Below are positions 1 to 10,873 of a stretch of DNA of 56,228 nt, one piece after another (position 1 is the stretch's first letter; the number at the start of each line of letters is the position of its first letter). Source of the DNA: a virus (taxonomy: Duplodnaviria > Caudoviricetes); IMG/VR virus record IMGVR_UViG_3300032579_000889, positions 1-56,228 of that record; one strand, written 5' to 3'. The notes beneath the pieces were generated by a model. It ran no database searches. It had not been told where the DNA came from and was given only the letters and a program-made list of their open reading frames with translations. Both the position numbers and the translations under genes were made by a program.

Positions 1-150
1 CTCACATCACTAAGTGGCCAAACAGTTAATGTCAATACCAATGCTTTTGAAGTATCTGGTAGTGCTATTAATACTGTTGCTTATGTGGCAACACTGGCAA
101 CTGCTGGTTCACCAAACGTTCCAAATCGGAACGCGCTTCCAACCCCATAA
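1..150 (+). CDS. 3' end of an upstream gene (partial, probably virion protein)
   Basis: Frame 1 is open from the window edge (LTSLSGQTVNVNTNAFEV...ALPTP) to TAA at 148-150, followed by a terminator. Confidence 0.6.
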   Translation, partial: LTSLSGQTVNVNTNAFEVSGSAINTVAYVATLATAGSPNVPNRNALPTP

Positions 151-178
151 TAAAACAAATATTTGTTTTATAAACCCT

Positions 179-204
179 GAAAGGCGCTTATTGCGCCTTT
201 CTTT
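179..204 (+). terminator. Rho-independent terminator
   Basis: GAAAGGCGC-TTATT-GCGCCTTTC stem followed by TTT. Confidence 0.75.
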
Positions 205-229
205 GTGATTGTTTACTAAATATTCAATC

Positions 230-388
230 ATGTTATTAGATCACATATTCAAACCTGCCGAACCAATACAGATAGTTATTGTGCGCAAGAATGGTAATAT
301 AAGCCATACGGCTAGACCCGTGTCAACAACTACAGATAACGACCAATCAAAAAAACCAATGTTCCCTATCAGTAAGGATAGAAAATGA
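230..388 (+). CDS. small hypothetical protein (52 aa, not in ORF track)
   Basis: MLLDHIFKPAEPIQIVIVRKNG...; TAAATA at 217-222 just upstream; TGA overlaps the next ATG (ATGA). Confidence 0.55.
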   Translation: MLLDHIFKPAEPIQIVIVRKNGNISHTARPVSTTTDNDQSKKPMFPISKDRK

Positions 389-1086
389 AAACATTTACAG
401 ATTATATCAATAAAGTTTTTGGTACGCAGGAGGACCAGGATATGAAACCTCGTAAAATTATGGCTGAGCAAACTAACGAAGATGTTGTTTTTTGGAATAC
501 AGAGGATGACAGATGGAGTCGTCTAGCCAAACATCCGCTTCGAATAAATGAAATTCCAACTGAACCGTTAGTAAGTTGGGAAAAAGGCGAAATGGCAATA
601 TATGAATCACAAGCTGTTGAAATATCAATACCAAAGGGTCCAAATAGCACCGTAGGTATCATAGTCGAAGGTAAAACTAAAATGGTTTTAGGTTCAAAAC
701 TTGAAAAATTAACCGAAGGTGTTCTTGGCGGGATGCAACCATTGAATCCTATTAACAGAATGATGCAGTTAGCTGGCATTGCAGTTCCGCAGATTCTAGG
801 AGATAATCATGACCTGCCAACAAATACAGAAACAGTAGAGCAGGTTATTAATGAAGATACCGGCAATATGTTTGATGCACTGTTTCGTTCCAACTTGGCA
901 GGCGAATATAAAAACAATCCAGATGCAGCTAGATTAGCTACAATTGGTCAAATAATGGTAGGACTAAACAGTCAAATACAAGAACTTAAAGGCAAGCTAT
1001 CTCCCGATTTAGAAGGCAAGATTTCTACTGTAGCCGGACTGGGTGCATTGCTGATGCAATCTGCAAAAGCCATGACGCAAGCATAA
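385..1086 (+). CDS. hypothetical protein, probable virion/internal head protein
   Basis: 233 aa ORF with SD AAGGA; N-terminus MKTFTDYIN resembles T4 capsid-targeting leaders. Confidence 0.7.
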   Translation: MKTFTDYINKVFGTQEDQDMKPRKIMAEQTNEDVVFWNTEDDRWSRLAKHPLRINEIPTEPLVSWEKGEMAIYESQAVEISIPKGPNSTVGIIVEGKTKMVLGSKLEKLTEGVLGGMQPLNPINRMMQLAGIAVPQILGDNHDLPTNTETVEQVINEDTGNMFDALFRSNLAGEYKNNPDAARLATIGQIMVGLNSQIQELKGKLSPDLEGKISTVAGLGALLMQSAKAMTQA

Positions 1087-1101
1087 CCTGGAGATAAAGC
1101 G

Positions 1102-1332
1102 TTGAAGTTTGTTGAAGTAAGAGGTGGATTCCTACAGCCGGTAAGCAACGAAGAAAATGTCATGCTTGAACGGGTAAAAGGACATAACGGACCACTACCA
1201 AAGGCTGTAATGGATATCAGAGAACAGGAACTAGCTAGACAACTTGTCAGCAGAGGTTTATTGCTAAGATTCATTTATGAAGGTAAATTATGCTTTGCAA
1301 TAAATGATTTAGAAGATCTATGGGAGAGCTAA
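1102..1332 (+). CDS. hypothetical protein
   Basis: 76 aa, TTG start with GGAG SD, operon context. Confidence 0.7.
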   Translation: MKFVEVRGGFLQPVSNEENVMLERVKGHNGPLPKAVMDIREQELARQLVSRGLLLRFIYEGKLCFAINDLEDLWES

Positions 1333-1333
1333 T

Positions 1334-1996
1334 ATGACGGTTACACCTGAAGAACGAGATGCAATGTTACGTTTGAGAAATATTATAGAAGGTAACAACA
1401 CTCCGGCTGCAAGAACATCAACAGCATCTATAGTTGAATCTGCTGGCACAGTAGAATTAGCAGGTCCGGGACAAGTAACCAACGCGGATATAAGCGCTAT
1501 GGCTAATGTTCTTCAGAGACTAAACAGCATTAGCAACAATGTAGTTGATGACATGATTACAGAATCCGTCGGTGACATTAAATCAGCTGACGCTTTAATG
1601 ACGGAAAAAATTTCAAACGGCATCAAAGTTGGGCGTTACCAAATTCTTACAAAAGAAGACCCTTATCGTATAGCAGGCAAACAGTTCTATTCAATTTACA
1701 ATAGTCTAACAAATAACACAATAGCCGATGACATTACGTTGTATGAAACTGCAATATCAGTAGTACGGTTGTTAAATTCGGGTAAATTTACTAACGATAC
1801 TACAGTAAGAAAATTGTTCGAATTAGACGATTCATATACGAGTCATAAGGTAGATGCTATAACCTATAAGCGTCGAATAAATTCATCTAAAGATCAGGTC
1901 AAAAAAGACATTTACGAAAGTCGTCTGCAAGCAAGCATGGATAGATGCATGTTCGCCAAGAAGGCGTTAAACAGTTTATCAAAACAATGTCTATAA
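1334..1996 (+). CDS. hypothetical protein
   Basis: 220 aa, tightly packed in operon. Confidence 0.75.
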   Translation: MTVTPEERDAMLRLRNIIEGNNTPAARTSTASIVESAGTVELAGPGQVTNADISAMANVLQRLNSISNNVVDDMITESVGDIKSADALMTEKISNGIKVGRYQILTKEDPYRIAGKQFYSIYNSLTNNTIADDITLYETAISVVRLLNSGKFTNDTTVRKLFELDDSYTSHKVDAITYKRRINSSKDQVKKDIYESRLQASMDRCMFAKKALNSLSKQCL

Positions 1997-2304
1997 CTAT
2001 TACAGATTCTGCAAAATCTCAGCTGAGTAACCTTTGCCAAACTACTAACAAATTAGTACGTCTTGAAATACGTAGCGGAGGTTGTCAAGGATTCTCAAAA
2101 GTCTGGGATACCGTTGATGCAAAAGACGATCTAGACATTGAATTCAAGTTACCAGTTGGTTCGTTGGTCATTGATACAACTAGTCTTGATATATTAGATG
2201 GGGCTGTTATTGACTACAAAAAAGACATTGCAGGTTCATATTTTGCAATAGATATTCCCAGTGCTCAAAGCACATGCGGCTGTGGAACTTCTTTTTCCTT
2301 ATAG
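1987..2304 (+). CDS. iscA: Fe-S cluster assembly A-type carrier (IscA/ErpA/HesB family)
   Basis: ITITDSA start, GGCQGF and C-terminal CGCGTSF motifs; start moved to ATG 1987. Confidence 0.9.
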   Translation: MSITITDSAKSQLSNLCQTTNKLVRLEIRSGGCQGFSKVWDTVDAKDDLDIEFKLPVGSLVIDTTSLDILDGAVIDYKKDIAGSYFAIDIPSAQSTCGCGTSFSL

Positions 2305-2324
2305 TTGTTCTTATCGCTATTAGA

Positions 2325-2332
2325 TATAAATA
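2325..2332 (+). promoter_or_regulatory. T4-type late promoter TATAAATA
   Basis: Exact T4 late consensus upstream of the large ORF; TAAATA recurs before many genes in the window. Confidence 0.65.
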
Positions 2333-2375
2333 ACACAACAGCGGACGGCCCGCATGGCCAGGAGAACATATCAAC

Positions 2376-5300
2376 ATGTACCTAAATCAGTTTGAATCAT
2401 CGGATGCAGCCAGATTAAGTCAGGTGTTAGCTACTTTGAAAAATATTCACGGTGTACGCATCAATATAGATTTAAAAAGCCCTTCTGCAATTTCTGCTAT
2501 TGAAGAATGCCAATCTTCGTGGGTAGCCAAGAGAGACAAAGTAATTGCTGAAAGCTCATTTAATTCATATCAACAGAATCCAGAGTATATTAAAAGCATG
2601 CTAATTTTAGAAGCTATGCGACTGATGCTCACTGAAATAGCCCCAAAAAGAAGACGTAAAGCAAAAATGAATGAATCAAATATAGACCAATCAACACAAG
2701 CAAAACCAACGTTATCTATGCAATTGAGTTTTCTAGCAAAAAAAGTACCGCAAACGAGTGAAGAATCGGCGGCCTTTTCTAATGCATTAGCTTCAATCGC
2801 CGACAAGGTTTCAACTAAAACTTCTCTTGATCCTGATGAAAAATCCATAATGTCATGGCTAAAGGATTATCCAAAACCAATAAGCAACGTTGCACAAATG
2901 TTAGGCCAAGGAGTAGAACAATTTGGACATACACTTATGTCCAAAAGACAAGATACACTAAAATCATGGCAACGAGTACCAGACGAAACTGAAGAAAGTG
3001 TGTCTATTATGAAGGCAAGGCCAACCCCGAGCGCCGCTCCCGGCATGGATAATGTTCACGAACAGCTAAACGAAAGTGATACACTGGAAAGACTTCCTGG
3101 ACATGCTACATTTAGACAGGCTCATCATTACGAATATCAAGCAAGCATGGCACGCAGCGAACTATACAGAAACGGCAAATATGCAATGAGCATGCTGAAA
3201 CAGGTTGATCCAAATGGCGAAATTCAGCCATGGATAGCCGGTTGCCTTACCAAATCAGCAAATATTCTAGATAAAGTATATCATTATCTAGATTATTACA
3301 AAACATTTGAACCGGATCAATTGCCAGAGGATATTGACGGCGATATGGAACTAGGCGAAACCAGCGGTAGTGTTGCCCGTGAAAATCTCATGCTAATAAT
3401 TGAATACAGCACTAAACTGTTCAATATGATCAAACCAGGTGATAAGCTTGAAGGTTGGGTAGCTATGAAACTAACAACGGCGAGTGAGTGTATTAGCAGT
3501 AGCAAACACTATATGGACTATGTACAGTTTGAGCACCATGCACTAGATGACCATTTTGATGAGGCTAGAAAAGCTAAAAAAGCATCATTGCATGAAGCTG
3601 AAATGGCTGCATCAGGTGATCCAAATGATGAACAAATAGCCAAAGCTACTCTTATTATTAACGCCAAAGCGCTCGCAAGCAAAGTCCAAGATATGGCAGA
3701 AGATGTAGCAAAAATGGGGCCTAACGATCTAATGCCACTTGTTGATGCAATGCGTAGTCAATTTGGTCAAGACGCTGCGTCAGGATTCAATGAAACCGTT
3801 AAAACATCACTTGATGAACTACTGCAGGTTACTACCAAAACTAAAGAAAGCATTGATAACGCAGTTACAACATTGCAATCTGGCGGAGTTCCGGCTACAA
3901 CATCTGATATTGAACAAGCCGGAACAGACACAACAGCTGACCAAGCTGGTGCACCGCCAGATGATTCTGATATTAGTGCAGATCTAGCTAACTTGGGTAA
4001 TACAGAAGAAGAGCCTGACGATCAAGATTTATCAGCTTTAGGTAGAGAAAAGAAACCTACGCTTGAAAGTAAAATGACCTGCAAAGAATGCGGTATGGGA
4101 ACTTACATGGAAGGCCAAGACGGCAAGATGCGTTGCGACGAATGCGGTTCTGTAATGATTCACGAAATGAAAACCGGATCCTATGTTAATTACATGAAGG
4201 CTGCTGACAGAGACAAACAAAAACACTTACAGAACATCGTTTCAAATATTGGCAATAAAGACGAAGTAGTTAAAAGCGCTTCAAAAGTGGCTAAAAGAGA
4301 CAAGGGATTAGATACAGCTATTCGCAGAATTACAAAAAAAGGCTCGGATGTTGACGAAGCATGGGATGCCAAGATGCACACTGCTAAAAAAGATATTGGC
4401 AAGTGGGACGGATTTACTTTAGCAGATCTTAAATCTAAAAAAGCGAAGTTGATGAAAAAAGCTAGTCGCACTGAAGCTGAACAAAAAATAGTCAGTCAAC
4501 TTAACTTTGCTATCCGTGCAAAACAAAAAGATCACTGGGGTAAAATTAAAGAAGAAGATTTAGACGAAGCCAAAAAGTCTAAACCAGATTTTCTCGATGT
4601 CGATAAAGATGGTAACAAAAAAGAATCTTTTAAAAAGGCATTAGCTGACAAAAAGAAAGCAGAAAAATCTGGCGGTAAAAAAGTAGAAGAGACATGGCCA
4701 GGCTACAAAAAGAAAATGGCTAATCAAACGGCTAAACCCAGCAAGGCAGATACAGAGTGGAATAAAATCACTAAAATAAACAGTGAATCTCCTGTAGTTG
4801 AGGGGATTTTTTCTCGCAAACCGAAAGCTGTTGTAACAAGACTTTCCCCACCAACTCCTAGTGAATTGGCAAAGAAAGATGAGAAACCATTACGACCAGG
4901 TGAAATTAGAGTAACTCCTATAGATAAAACTCTTGCAAGCAAGGAAATTGATATACCTGCATATCTGCGTAGAGGCGAAGAAAAAATTACAGAAAAAGCA
5001 CCACCTGGAATGGAAGATTTTGTTCTGAAACTAAAGAAGCAATATCCAGGACATCCAGAAAAAGCGTTTGCTACTGCCTGGAGCATATACAATAAAAAAC
5101 ACAAAAAAGATGAGAGCTATAATAATGCGGTCGATGCATTAGCGGAAGCTAAAGCTCAGCTGAAGCAACTCAACATAGCGTTTGAATCTCATAAGGTAGA
5201 GTTCAAGCAAAAAGTTTTAGAAGGACTATCTAAAGACCCTCTTAAAATTGGCTATGGACTTGAAGGCGACGCTATCAATCAACAAATTTCTATGGTCAAC

Positions 5301-5594
5301 AAGAAAATTGCTGAACAGAAGAGCATTATCAAATTCCTCATTCAAGAAGGTTTAAGAGAATTGTCAGCCAGCGCAAAAGCCAAAGTTAAAGCATCACAAT
5401 TGGCAGAAGTAAAAAATACTACGCCGTATGGTGTCATTTATACAACCGTGTCTGGTAAAAAATCAAAAAAGCTTTTTGAAAATTCCGCTACTAGATCATA
5501 TTGGCTAGAGCTTAATAAGGATAAACTTGCGGATGCAAAGCTAATTGAACCAGAAACGTTTGACGCTGCTATTAAGCGCTCGAAAGAAGGCTAA
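2376..5594 (+). CDS. large modular virion/head-associated protein
   Basis: 1072 aa; duplicated helical module (SMARSEL...YLDY / SVARENL...YMDY), CxxC-CxxC ribbon, KPDFLDVDKDG motif, many xxE putative protease sites. Confidence 0.7.
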   Translation: MYLNQFESSDAARLSQVLATLKNIHGVRINIDLKSPSAISAIEECQSSWVAKRDKVIAESSFNSYQQNPEYIKSMLILEAMRLMLTEIAPKRRRKAKMNESNIDQSTQAKPTLSMQLSFLAKKVPQTSEESAAFSNALASIADKVSTKTSLDPDEKSIMSWLKDYPKPISNVAQMLGQGVEQFGHTLMSKRQDTLKSWQRVPDETEESVSIMKARPTPSAAPGMDNVHEQLNESDTLERLPGHATFRQAHHYEYQASMARSELYRNGKYAMSMLKQVDPNGEIQPWIAGCLTKSANILDKVYHYLDYYKTFEPDQLPEDIDGDMELGETSGSVARENLMLIIEYSTKLFNMIKPGDKLEGWVAMKLTTASECISSSKHYMDYVQFEHHALDDHFDEARKAKKASLHEAEMAASGDPNDEQIAKATLIINAKALASKVQDMAEDVAKMGPNDLMPLVDAMRSQFGQDAASGFNETVKTSLDELLQVTTKTKESIDNAVTTLQSGGVPATTSDIEQAGTDTTADQAGAPPDDSDISADLANLGNTEEEPDDQDLSALGREKKPTLESKMTCKECGMGTYMEGQDGKMRCDECGSVMIHEMKTGSYVNYMKAADRDKQKHLQNIVSNIGNKDEVVKSASKVAKRDKGLDTAIRRITKKGSDVDEAWDAKMHTAKKDIGKWDGFTLADLKSKKAKLMKKASRTEAEQKIVSQLNFAIRAKQKDHWGKIKEEDLDEAKKSKPDFLDVDKDGNKKESFKKALADKKKAEKSGGKKVEETWPGYKKKMANQTAKPSKADTEWNKITKINSESPVVEGIFSRKPKAVVTRLSPPTPSELAKKDEKPLRPGEIRVTPIDKTLASKEIDIPAYLRRGEEKITEKAPPGMEDFVLKLKKQYPGHPEKAFATAWSIYNKKHKKDESYNNAVDALAEAKAQLKQLNIAFESHKVEFKQKVLEGLSKDPLKIGYGLEGDAINQQISMVNKKIAEQKSIIKFLIQEGLRELSASAKAKVKASQLAEVKNTTPYGVIYTTVSGKKSKKLFENSATRSYWLELNKDKLADAKLIEPETFDAAIKRSKEG

Positions 5595-5597
5595 TCT

Positions 5598-5978
5598 GTG
5601 TTAATTCAAGAAATTCTATATGAGTCACTGGTAGTCGATGAGATCAAAAACGATCTTATGGACTTCCTAGTGACATATAGAAATAAAAATCGTCCATGGG
5701 CACCAATGAGCGGACCTAATGGAGCCGTTGCCTATTTACGCAAAATGCACCACGATGTTAATGCAAGTGGTTTAATGAACCTGCTTGCAGAACCACCTTT
5801 CACAGACATTGTGGAAAGAAGTGGTCCAGATCATATCAAGCTTAAAACGCATGTGCCCGATCAAATGAGCGATAAAGAAAAAGAAAAAGAAGCTCAAAAG
5901 ATAAATCAGACTGCTCAAACTACAGCTGATAAAGCAGTAAAATCTGGAAATTTATCACTGCAAGAACAAGAAGGATAG
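5598..5978 (+). CDS. hypothetical protein (probable virion protein)
   Basis: 126 aa, MLIQEILYE leader. Confidence 0.7.
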   Translation: MLIQEILYESLVVDEIKNDLMDFLVTYRNKNRPWAPMSGPNGAVAYLRKMHHDVNASGLMNLLAEPPFTDIVERSGPDHIKLKTHVPDQMSDKEKEKEAQKINQTAQTTADKAVKSGNLSLQEQEG

Positions 5979-5985
5979 ACTGAAA

Positions 5986-6666
5986 ATGTCGTGCACTAAC
6001 AACAATAATTACCAAAATAGTTTTTACTATAATTATGCATACAATCCTTCCCCTCCGCAAAGTCCAGTTTTCTATAATGCAGCAGACGCAAGAAACTCTC
6101 TGTCTAGCGAAGAAGCTATAAATGGTGAAGTTAGAGCGTTAGAACAGGCAGTGTTTTCGTCAATTCAACAAGGATTATATCAGACACAAGTTTCAAATGG
6201 AACTCTCATGACCTATAGCACGCCGTTCACTCCGTTACAATGGACTGTTTCAGGTAATATGCTTGTTATTCCCGGTCACCCTTACAATACAGGAGATATA
6301 ATAACTGTTAGCAGTACAATTTCACTGCCAACACCTTTAGCACCGGCAACATACTACTACGTTATATACGTTGATCCAAATACAATTATGCTGGCAGTGT
6401 CATATGCAAACGCTACAGCTCCTCGTCCTACCGCAATAACACTAACAGACGCAGGTTCTGGTGTCTTTTATTCATATGCATACTATCCAAGTCAAGATTA
6501 TTATGCAGCATGGCAAGGTACAGTCATGAGTAATCCTTTGCTAAGCCCAAACTATAATAACCAAATGAACGCAGTAATTAGTTATTTTTCTTCAATGGGT
6601 TATATTATGAATCGAATAGTTAATACACTTACGGGCAATACCCTAACTTGGGTAATACAGTGGTGA
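5986..6666 (+). CDS. probable structural protein
   Basis: N/Y/T-rich; HPYNTGD...TYYYVI...TIMLA beta module typical of phage tail proteins. Confidence 0.6.
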   Translation: MSCTNNNNYQNSFYYNYAYNPSPPQSPVFYNAADARNSLSSEEAINGEVRALEQAVFSSIQQGLYQTQVSNGTLMTYSTPFTPLQWTVSGNMLVIPGHPYNTGDIITVSSTISLPTPLAPATYYYVIYVDPNTIMLAVSYANATAPRPTAITLTDAGSGVFYSYAYYPSQDYYAAWQGTVMSNPLLSPNYNNQMNAVISYFSSMGYIMNRIVNTLTGNTLTWVIQW

Positions 6667-6670
6667 TAAC

Positions 6671-7165
6671 GTGCGGTCTATGTATGGCCCTGATACTCTG
6701 CTATTAGCTAGTAAAAAACCTCGTATAATTGAACTAGTTGCTAAGATTGATAGTATGACTATTGATGAAATTAAATTACTACCAGAAAAACCTGATATAA
6801 TAAAAGGACTGTTGCTTATAAAAGAATTTGGTAAAACAGGGCCGAAACTAACAGTGCCTGAAAAAATTGCTAATCGTATGCAGAGATTAAACAATAACGC
6901 ATATGATATTTCAATTTTAGAAGGAAAAATATATCGCATTACAGCCGAAAACTTATGGATTCCTGTAAATTCTACCCAACTAGAAGTTAAAAAAGGTTGG
7001 CACTGGATATGGTTAGAATCAAAACAAATCCTAATAAGCAACAACTATCTTGCTGCTACCGAACAATTACTTCATATATTAGTGTCATCAAGTGAACTGC
7101 TCACAAATGGCACAACAGTTGATTTAAAAAGACTTGAAGATCAACGCAGAAATAGTTTGATGTAA
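6671..7165 (+). CDS. hypothetical protein
   Basis: 164 aa ORF in operon. Confidence 0.65.
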   Translation: MRSMYGPDTLLLASKKPRIIELVAKIDSMTIDEIKLLPEKPDIIKGLLLIKEFGKTGPKLTVPEKIANRMQRLNNNAYDISILEGKIYRITAENLWIPVNSTQLEVKKGWHWIWLESKQILISNNYLAATEQLLHILVSSSELLTNGTTVDLKRLEDQRRNSLM

Positions 7166-7167
7166 AA

Positions 7168-7196
7168 TTGGCACTCTCTCTAATGCTTCTTATAAT
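7168..7196 (+). promoter_or_regulatory. sigma70-type promoter, probably giving a leaderless mRNA
   Basis: TTGGCA-N17-TATAAT with ATGATG at 7200/7203 and no SD. Confidence 0.6.
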
Positions 7197-7199
7197 TAA

Positions 7200-7886
7200 A
7201 TGATGAATCTTATTGAACGCTACTCATATACAAAATTAAACCGTGAAGATGGTGGTCCTGATGGTAGAAAATACGTCGATCCGTTTGGTAACAAACTTCC
7301 ATCGGTTACTACAATATTAGATAAAACCAAACCCGAGGAAGCTAAAAAAGCCTTAGCAGCGTGGCGTCGCAGCATAGGCGAAAAGAAAGCAGCAGAAATT
7401 ACCAAAGAAGCTGCCTTTCGTGGCACCATGATGCATAGTTTTTTAGAACGTCATCTGAAAGGTAAAAATCCCAAAGCTGGGACAAATTTTTATCATCAAC
7501 ATAGTTTTAAAATGGCCAATGTCATATTAGAACACTATCTTAAACCTTTTTTAGATGAATGTTGGGGATTAGAAGCCAGTTTGTATTATCCAGAGGTTTA
7601 TGCAGGGACAACAGATATGTCTGGATTGTATCAAGGAATTCCTAGCATTATTGATTTTAAACAATCAAATAAAATCAAAAGCGATGACCGCGTAATAGAT
7701 TATAAACTTCAGCTTGCAGCATATGCTACAGCGCATGACAAAGTTTATGGCACTCAGATACAACAGGGTGTAATTCTAATGTGCACAAAAGATTTTGAAC
7801 CACAAAGTTGGATTATAACAGGCGAAGAGTTAGCTGAATACAAAAATCTATGGTGGAAAAGAGTTGCAGAATATTACAATGTTTAA
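7200..7886 (+). CDS. PD-(D/E)XK exonuclease (phage RecB/Cas4-like)
   Basis: LPSVTTIL, RGTxMH, YAGTTD, IIDFKQS and QLAAYA motifs. Confidence 0.85.
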   Translation: MMNLIERYSYTKLNREDGGPDGRKYVDPFGNKLPSVTTILDKTKPEEAKKALAAWRRSIGEKKAAEITKEAAFRGTMMHSFLERHLKGKNPKAGTNFYHQHSFKMANVILEHYLKPFLDECWGLEASLYYPEVYAGTTDMSGLYQGIPSIIDFKQSNKIKSDDRVIDYKLQLAAYATAHDKVYGTQIQQGVILMCTKDFEPQSWIITGEELAEYKNLWWKRVAEYYNV

Positions 7887-7905
7887 TTGTAGTCTACCAA
7901 AAGAC

Positions 7906-8064
7906 TCAATTATGATCCGCTAACCACTCTTCGTAGGTTTCTACTAAAATCTTAATCTCTTCTAGAGATATGTCCTGTCCACCTATAACTTTTGCCCAGT
8001 CTAATGTGAGCAACGGAACTTCGTCTAAACTTTTCCAGGTAGGCTTGTTAATTTCTATTTGCAT
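7906..8064 (-). CDS. small hypothetical protein (52 aa, not in ORF track)
   Basis: MQIEINKPTWKSLDEVPLLTLDWAKVIGG...; fills the intergenic gap. Confidence 0.5.
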   Translation of the reverse strand: MQIEINKPTWKSLDEVPLLTLDWAKVIGGQDISLEEIKILVETYEEWLADHN

Positions 8065-8103
8065 ATTGCAAAATATATTTGCCTACCTGGTATAGTCAAT
8101 AAT

Positions 8104-8430
8104 TCAGTGTTTACTGGCCCACATATTATCAATTAAATTTGGATAAGGTCTACCCGCATTTTTTGCTCGTGTTTTTGCAGCAGATTTTTGCGCAGGTGTT
8201 AATTTTTTATGATGTTTTTTTGGATTTTTAGTTTTCCAAGGTTCTGACTCGTGTACAGCGTCGCTTCCATTAGTGGCAGCTATTTTAGGACGTCCGTTGA
8301 GATCTGTAACATTGCCAAATTTTGCTGCCTGTCTCTTGGTTTCGCCGGGTTTTACATCAATGGTAGTATTCACTCCGTTTACAATTTTCCCAACTCCAGC
8401 TGATTCGTCTAATAAATCGCTTATTTTCAT
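8104..8430 (-). CDS. basic small protein, probable virion protein
   Basis: Start moved to MKISDLLDE with SD AAGGA; C-terminal KLTPAQKSAAK..AGRPYPNLIDNM. Confidence 0.7.
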   Translation of the reverse strand: MKISDLLDESAGVGKIVNGVNTTIDVKPGETKRQAAKFGNVTDLNGRPKIAATNGSDAVHESEPWKTKNPKKHHKKLTPAQKSAAKTRAKNAGRPYPNLIDNMWASKH

Positions 8431-8523
8431 AATACAATCCTTTTGAATATTTATTATAATATAGACCAAGAACATCATAGGGTACAATAGGTAAATATCC
8501 AACACAACGGAGATGTTAACAAT

Positions 8524-10254
8524 ATGGCTGTAACAACCATCTCAAGAATTCAAAATCGCAGAGGTTTATCCGCTGATTTGCCAACCGCATTAGCAGAAGG
8601 AGAATTAGGCTGGTGTTTGGACACTAGAGAACTGTTTATCGGTAACAGTAACGGCTATGGCGGTAATACTGAAATATTAACGCAATATAGTCCAAATACC
8701 ACACTTATTACCACAATATATAATAATTCCTCTGCTCAGCTAGCAACTGCTTCTGTTAGAACTCTCAATGACAAATTAAATGATATTGTTAGCGTAAAAG
8801 ATTTTGGCGCAGTTGGAGATGGGATAACAGATGATGCGCCTGCCATTAACAACGCTATAACCAGCTTGCTAAAAAATTATCCAGGAAACGGTCTTACTGC
8901 GACAGAATTGCACATGCCAGCAGGCACATATCTAATAAACAGCCCGATATTGTTATATCCGTATTTGAATTTAATTGGCGACAGCAAAGGCGGTACTACA
9001 ATATTATGCGGGAATAGTGATTTATATTATATGATCCAGACCTCAGATAATCTAGGTCAAACTGCGGCAAATATTGGGTTGAATAGCGCAATTTTGCCAA
9101 CTAGAATACGAGTAACAGATATTACCGTTAATACCAATGGTACAAGAACTAATGCCGCACAGTTAGTGCGTTATAATCATATTAGATTTGAACGGGTTTC
9201 ATTTATCGGTGGTTGGTCTAATGGAAATGGCTTACTTACAGATTCTGCTGTTACACTGGAAAGCATAGGCAATGCTGTGTCAACATATGATGCACAATTT
9301 ATTGATTGCCAGTTTCAAAATTTTACAAACGGTATTCTCATAAATGATCCTGTTTCGTATACAACAGTAGCTAGAAGTATTTTCGAATATTGCTATTATG
9401 GTCTCTCTGTCGGTACATCACCGGCATATAACGGTCCTAGCTGGACAACAGTAACTCAGAGTTATTTTTACAGCTTAGACAATTTCGGTATAATAGTAGA
9501 AAGTACAAATCCTGGTGTAACAAGTTTTGGTAATATGTTCAACAGTAACGGTTATAATCCAGGTGGTTACCACATTTCTTGGGGCACCGGCGCAACATTA
9601 AATGGAAGTATGGGCGATGTATTTGATGCTCTTCCATGTGTAAGCGATAACGGAGTTGCTAATATAATTGTTGATGCGCAGCAAAATAATTTAGGTGGCA
9701 GTGGAGCAACCGGTCCAACTGGAGCACCGTCATTTATTACGGGACCAACTGGTTATACCGGAGCACGCGGCGCGACCGGGCCAACTGGAGCACCGTCATT
9801 CATTACAGGACCAACTGGTCCAGCCGGCGGCCCAACTGGAGTAACTGGACCAACTGGACCTGCCAGTACTGGACTTTCATCTCGATCAACAGTAGCAGTT
9901 ACTACTCCGAGTATTGCTGCAGGAGCAAGTGCAAATGTTACCGCAGTTGGATATGTCGGATATGCTCTTTATAGTATCGAAGTGTCGTATGGGGCATGGG
10001 TTACGGTATATTCGAGTCTAGCTGCAGAATCGGCAGATGCCAGTAGATTAATTAATACTGATCCAACTCCAAATTCAGGGGTAATAGCTGAGTCTATAAC
10101 AACATCGTCTGGTACTACATATTTCAGTCCAGCTGTTATAGGATATAGTAGTGAATCATCGCCAAATAGCAATATACAAATGAAAGTTTATAACAATGGT
10201 GCAACTACCACTGCTATTACCGTAACATTGACATTACTTCAACTAGAAGAATGA
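8524..10254 (+). CDS. tail fibre/spike with pectate-lyase-like beta helix and collagen-like segment
   Basis: [16 protein letters not shown]-terminus, [16 protein letters not shown] motif, G-x-T repeats. Confidence 0.8.
   Translation: MAVTTISRIQNRRGLSADLPTALAEGELGWCLDTRELFIGNSNGYGGNTEILTQYSPNTTLITTIYNNSSAQLATASVRTLNDKLNDIVSVKDFGAVGDGITDDAPAINNAITSLLKNYPGNGLTATELHMPAGTYLINSPILLYPYLNLIGDSKGGTTILCGNSDLYYMIQTSDNLGQTAANIGLNSAILPTRIRVTDITVNTNGTRTNAAQLVRYNHIRFERVSFIGGWSNGNGLLTDSAVTLESIGNAVSTYDAQFIDCQFQNFTNGILINDPVSYTTVARSIFEYCYYGLSVGTSPAYNGPSWTTVTQSYFYSLDNFGIIVESTNPGVTSFGNMFNSNGYNPGGYHISWGTGATLNGSMGDVFDALPCVSDNGVANIIVDAQQNNLGGSGATGPTGAPSFITGPTGYTGARGATGPTGAPSFITGPTGPAGGPTGVTGPTGPASTGLSSRSTVAVTTPSIAAGASANVTAVGYVGYALYSIEVSYGAWVTVYSSLAAESADASRLINTDPTPNSGVIAESITTSSGTTYFSPAVIGYSSESSPNSNIQMKVYNNGATTTAITVTLTLLQLEE
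9703..9873 (+). repeat. collagen-like Gly-X-Thr repeat including a 51-nt direct repeat (9703-9753, 9769-9819)
   Basis: [17 protein letters not shown] is encoded twice, period 66 nt. Confidence 0.85.
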
Positions 10255-10805
10255 TAAAAACTCGAACAAAAGGATCAAAATCTATGCACGTTTCTGACTT
10301 TGCTAGCGGAGTATCTTTAATGAAAGCATGGAAAAAATGCAGATCAAGTTTGACCAAAGATTTATCAGATGTCGAACATTTACAAAATTTGATAGATTTT
10401 TGGAGCAATTGCCCAATTTCTGCAAGAGTACTAGATTGGGATCAACTGGAAACATGGCCAGACGCATGGACCTTGGTCTATAATAATAATTTTGACGAAA
10501 GTGCAATATCATTAGGAATGTTTTATACTTTATTGTTAGCAAACGATAACAGATGGACCGCCGAAAGATTGCAATTAATTTTGACCAAAGATATCAACAG
10601 ACAATTTCAAGGTATTGTTTTAAAAGTCGACAACCGATGGTTATTGAATCTAGAATATAATAGATTGGTACAAAGTTCTATCGAAGACATGGAATACACA
10701 GTGCAACAGAGATATTTTTACAAAGATAATAAGCATCATCTGTTTAAAACTCGCAATATTTCTAATCAAAACAAGATAAAAACGAATAACAATGCCATAT
10801 CATAA
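10251..10805 (+). CDS. hypothetical protein
   Basis: 184 aa, overlaps the tail fibre stop; TWPDAW motif. Confidence 0.7.
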   Translation: MIKTRTKGSKSMHVSDFASGVSLMKAWKKCRSSLTKDLSDVEHLQNLIDFWSNCPISARVLDWDQLETWPDAWTLVYNNNFDESAISLGMFYTLLLANDNRWTAERLQLILTKDINRQFQGIVLKVDNRWLLNLEYNRLVQSSIEDMEYTVQQRYFYKDNKHHLFKTRNISNQNKIKTNNNAIS

Positions 10806-10873
10806 TGATTAAATATGCGGCTGTCGGATACTAATAATTTAGTAAACTAATTATATTTTAAAGAGGAATGCAC

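Noticed and set aside
7200-7886. Cas4 as part of a CRISPR system
   Set aside because: It has no Fe-S cysteine cluster, no cas neighbours and no array, so it reads as an ordinary phage exonuclease.
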